Below are positions 61,301 to 64,000 of a stretch of DNA of 64,000 bases, in pieces (position 1 is the stretch's first letter; each line of letters begins with the position of its first letter). Under the pieces are notes generated by a model. That model saw nothing but the letters and a program-made list of their open reading frames with translations. It was not told where the DNA came from and made no database searches. The position numbers were made by a program, and so were the translations under genes. The stretch lies in assembly GCF_018977255.1 (NCBI RefSeq), contig NW_024704743.1:83268001-83332000 (forward strand). Reading direction: 5' to 3'. Source of the stretch: Callorhinchus milii (Eukaryota).

Positions 61301-62795
61301 CACCAGTGCCATCCCCACACGCAGGGTGAAGGACGAACAGTCAAGACCAGTTCCACTCCTGGTCTTTCTCAGACCAACATTCAGTTAGTTACTAACATCA
61401 ACTGTGTTTGTGAGGAATCCATGTTCCATAATCCCATCTGAGAGAAGAAGAAGAGGAGTGAGAGGCAGTGGTTAGGGGTTTAAAATGCAAGGGTATAAAA
61501 TAAAATCATATATAAAAACTATTTCATATATAAAAACTATGCCATGTACAAAGTTACAGGAAACAAATCCAGCTCAGCAATGCAACAAACGTTCACATGT
61601 TTCTTCCCTGCTGTCTTTTCTGTAAGCAGGATGATGGACGATCACACACTAAGAAATGGATTGAACAGATGTGAGAAACTAACCAGCAAGCACTACTGTT
61701 CAGTTACGTAAGCAAGCATGGAAAGAGAGAAGTCCACTCTTTCAACACACCACAGCCAATATACTTTCCCCCAGCAAATTCAACTCCTGTGTGAGATTCT
61801 ACCTAAATGCTCCCTGACCCTCAATGGTCACTGAACACCAGAATATTGGTTCCTTGCCCAAATTTCTGCAACTGAACATAAATCTGCTGCTCCCCTCCAC
61901 CACCACCAGACAACTGGGCTTTTTCTCCTACCACAACAGTACAGGATCTGATACATCTTGTGGAGTATTTTGATCATCTTGCTCCATACCTAACCCCCAC
62001 AACTTTTGATACTATTTCCAACTGGGGAATAGCGTAAAAAGGGCAGCATAGTTAATGCAAGGAGTAACTGGTCATTCATTTTGTTCAGTGGTGGCCAACA
62101 CATGGCCCACGGGCCAGAAATGGCCTGCGGGGCGGTCAAGAAGTGGCCCCCCCCAAAGATTCGTACATGTTTAGGTAAGTCCATGTAAGTCTAGAGTGTG
62201 CTTTGGAAAACTGCTGGTGTTTAACCAGTGGTAAGGCATTAGAGAAATTCAGGTTAGTTCTTTCTAATGAAGTCACCCTCATTACCATCCTGGCAGTTAC
62301 TGAACTTTAAACCCAAATGAGTCTGTTCCGGGACATTCATTACTGTATAAAAATGCACATGACAACAACAAAATGACATTTGTATAGTGCCTTTCACATC
62401 AGAGTTTCCTTTCAATAAATAAATGTTTTAATTCAGATACACATTGGAGGGTCTATGGTTTATTATATAAAATAACATTAATGAGTCTGCAGGGCTCCGT
62501 AGTACAGCACTATTCAGAGCTTCAGTCAAGGGGTGGCTAAGTCTATATCAAAGGCTTCAACGAGATAAACATTCTCTGTACATTGTAGTTCATTTTTCTT
62601 TGTGTCCAACTGAGTAATGCTTCTGGCATCAAAAACTACATGCAATTCACAGTTTTTTTAAATCAGGCTGTCACCGTTGTGCTTTTTTGCCAGGAGATCA
62701 TGCAACAGAAGATGAGAGACTCGATGCTTTCTGCACAAGCCAAAGAAATTCAGATCCAGATTTACATGTTTGACTTTAACATTTTTAACTTTAAA

Positions 62796-63035
62796 ATCAG
62801 CTTGGCTCAGTTGATAGTACTCTTGCCGCTGAGTCAGAAGGATGTGGGTTCAAGCCCCATGTCTCACACTGAGACTTTGAGGTGGGGAAGCATTGCATTA
62901 TTGGAGAAGCTGTCCTGTGCATGAAAGGTAAACCGAGGTCCTGTCTGGATCTTAAGGATCCCATGCTGCTCTTTGAAAAGACAAAGCAGTTTTGCTCGGT
63001 GTCCTGATCAACAATCCCCCCAAGTAAAATTGGTC
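62796..63035 (+). mobile_element. Deu-domain SINE, 5' part, cut by an L2
   Basis: TTGGCTCAGTTGATAG A box, GGTTCAAGCCC B box, AAACCGAGG and GATCCCATG. Confidence 0.8.
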
Positions 63036-64000
63036 AACAACAACAACAACTTGCACTTATATAGCACCCTCCACGACAGGCGGCATCTCAGAGCACTTAA
63101 CAATGGTGGAGCCCGAGGCCGATCCAGGGGGCGGGGGAAAGTGACCGTAGGCCGTAGGCGACACTGTAGAGTGGAGGCAGTGGGTACTGCTGTGGGAAGA
63201 GAGGAGGTTGGAGAGATGGGGTGCCAAGGAATAGAGGGATTTAAACGCTAGAGTGAGATTTTGAAGTCAATCCGCTCTGTGACAGAGAGCCAGTGGAGTA
63301 ATTGGGGTATGAAGTTTGGTACAGGTGAGAATGTGGGTGGCGGAGTTTTGAATGAGCTGGATTTTGTAAATAATGGAGGAGGGGAGACCAGCGAGGGGGG
63401 TGTTAGAGAAGTCCAGCTGAGAGGTGACAAAGGACATGGACAAGGGTTTCGGCAGCTTTTGGGTTGAGGTATTGTCGGAGACAGGCAATGTGGCAGAGGT
63501 GGAAGGAAGCGGTGCTAGTCAGGGACCAGATGTGGGGGAAGAAGGATAACTGGAAATCGAACCTGACTCCTAGGTTTCGCAGGGGTTCGGAGAGTTTTAA
63601 GGACAGGTCGGGTAGGTTGAGAAGGTCGGAACTGTGGGACAGAAGACGTCGGTGGGAGCCAAAGAGTATGGCTTCCGTCTTGTTGACAATTAACTGCAGG
63701 AAATGTATGCTCATCCAGCACTTGATGTCCGACAGACAAGCTGACAGAACATCAGGGGACTGGGTGTCGCAGCTGGAGGTGGAAAAGTATAGTTGAGTGT
63801 CATCCTCATACATGTGGAAGTTAACCCCGTGTCTGCGGATGAGATCACCGAGAGGGAGCATAAAGATGAGGAAGAGAAGGGGGCCAGGATGGATTCTTGG
63901 GGTACCCTGCAGATGACATGTGGAAGCGTGAAGAAAAGCCACTTGCAAAAATATAGTGCTGGCAGTTTGTAAGGTAGGACTCGAATCAAATGAGTGTCGT
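63036..64000 (-). mobile_element. Decayed L2 LINE (RT core to 3' tail), running off the window edge
   Basis: GPLLFLIFMLPLGDLIRRHGVNFHMYEDDTQLY (YADD-like), NKTEAILFG, RNLGV and AAETLVH, with a (TTG)n tail at 63036. Confidence 0.95.

Noticed and set aside
1..64000. CRISPR arrays, operons, or prokaryotic or viral gene systems
   Set aside because: No gene-dense coding regions or regularly spaced direct repeats. The content is typical vertebrate non-coding DNA.

Overview
Eukaryotic, repeat-rich vertebrate DNA with no recognisable host protein-coding gene, RNA gene or prokaryotic system. The repeat set is L2 and CR1 LINE fragments, Deu-domain (SacSINE1-like) SINEs, an LF-SINE-like copy and a young tRNA-headed SINE with an L2-type tail. 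This points to a cartilaginous fish, most likely a chimaera (inference only). Every ORF with recognisable homology is a decayed L2 or CR1 ORF2 piece (APE endonuclease or reverse transcriptase). Between the repeats lie transposon-free islands rich in TALE/Hox-type motifs that resemble conserved non-coding enhancers, so the window is probably a large intron or gene desert. The most notable observations are: an unclassified ~0.8 kb repeat family (5 fragments) that ends in an L2-type tail; a modular young SINE (tRNA head, CORE-like segment, Deu-SINE 3' half) with two subtypes; a head-to-head SINE near-palindrome; a 33-bp hairpin made by inverted duplication inside a CR1; a 38-bp templated insertion; several nested insertions with readable target-site duplications (TSDs); and a TGAGGG telomere-variant array. 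I found no convincing new multi-gene system. Boundaries were read by eye and are approximate. Family names come from remembered consensus similarity, not from a database search.
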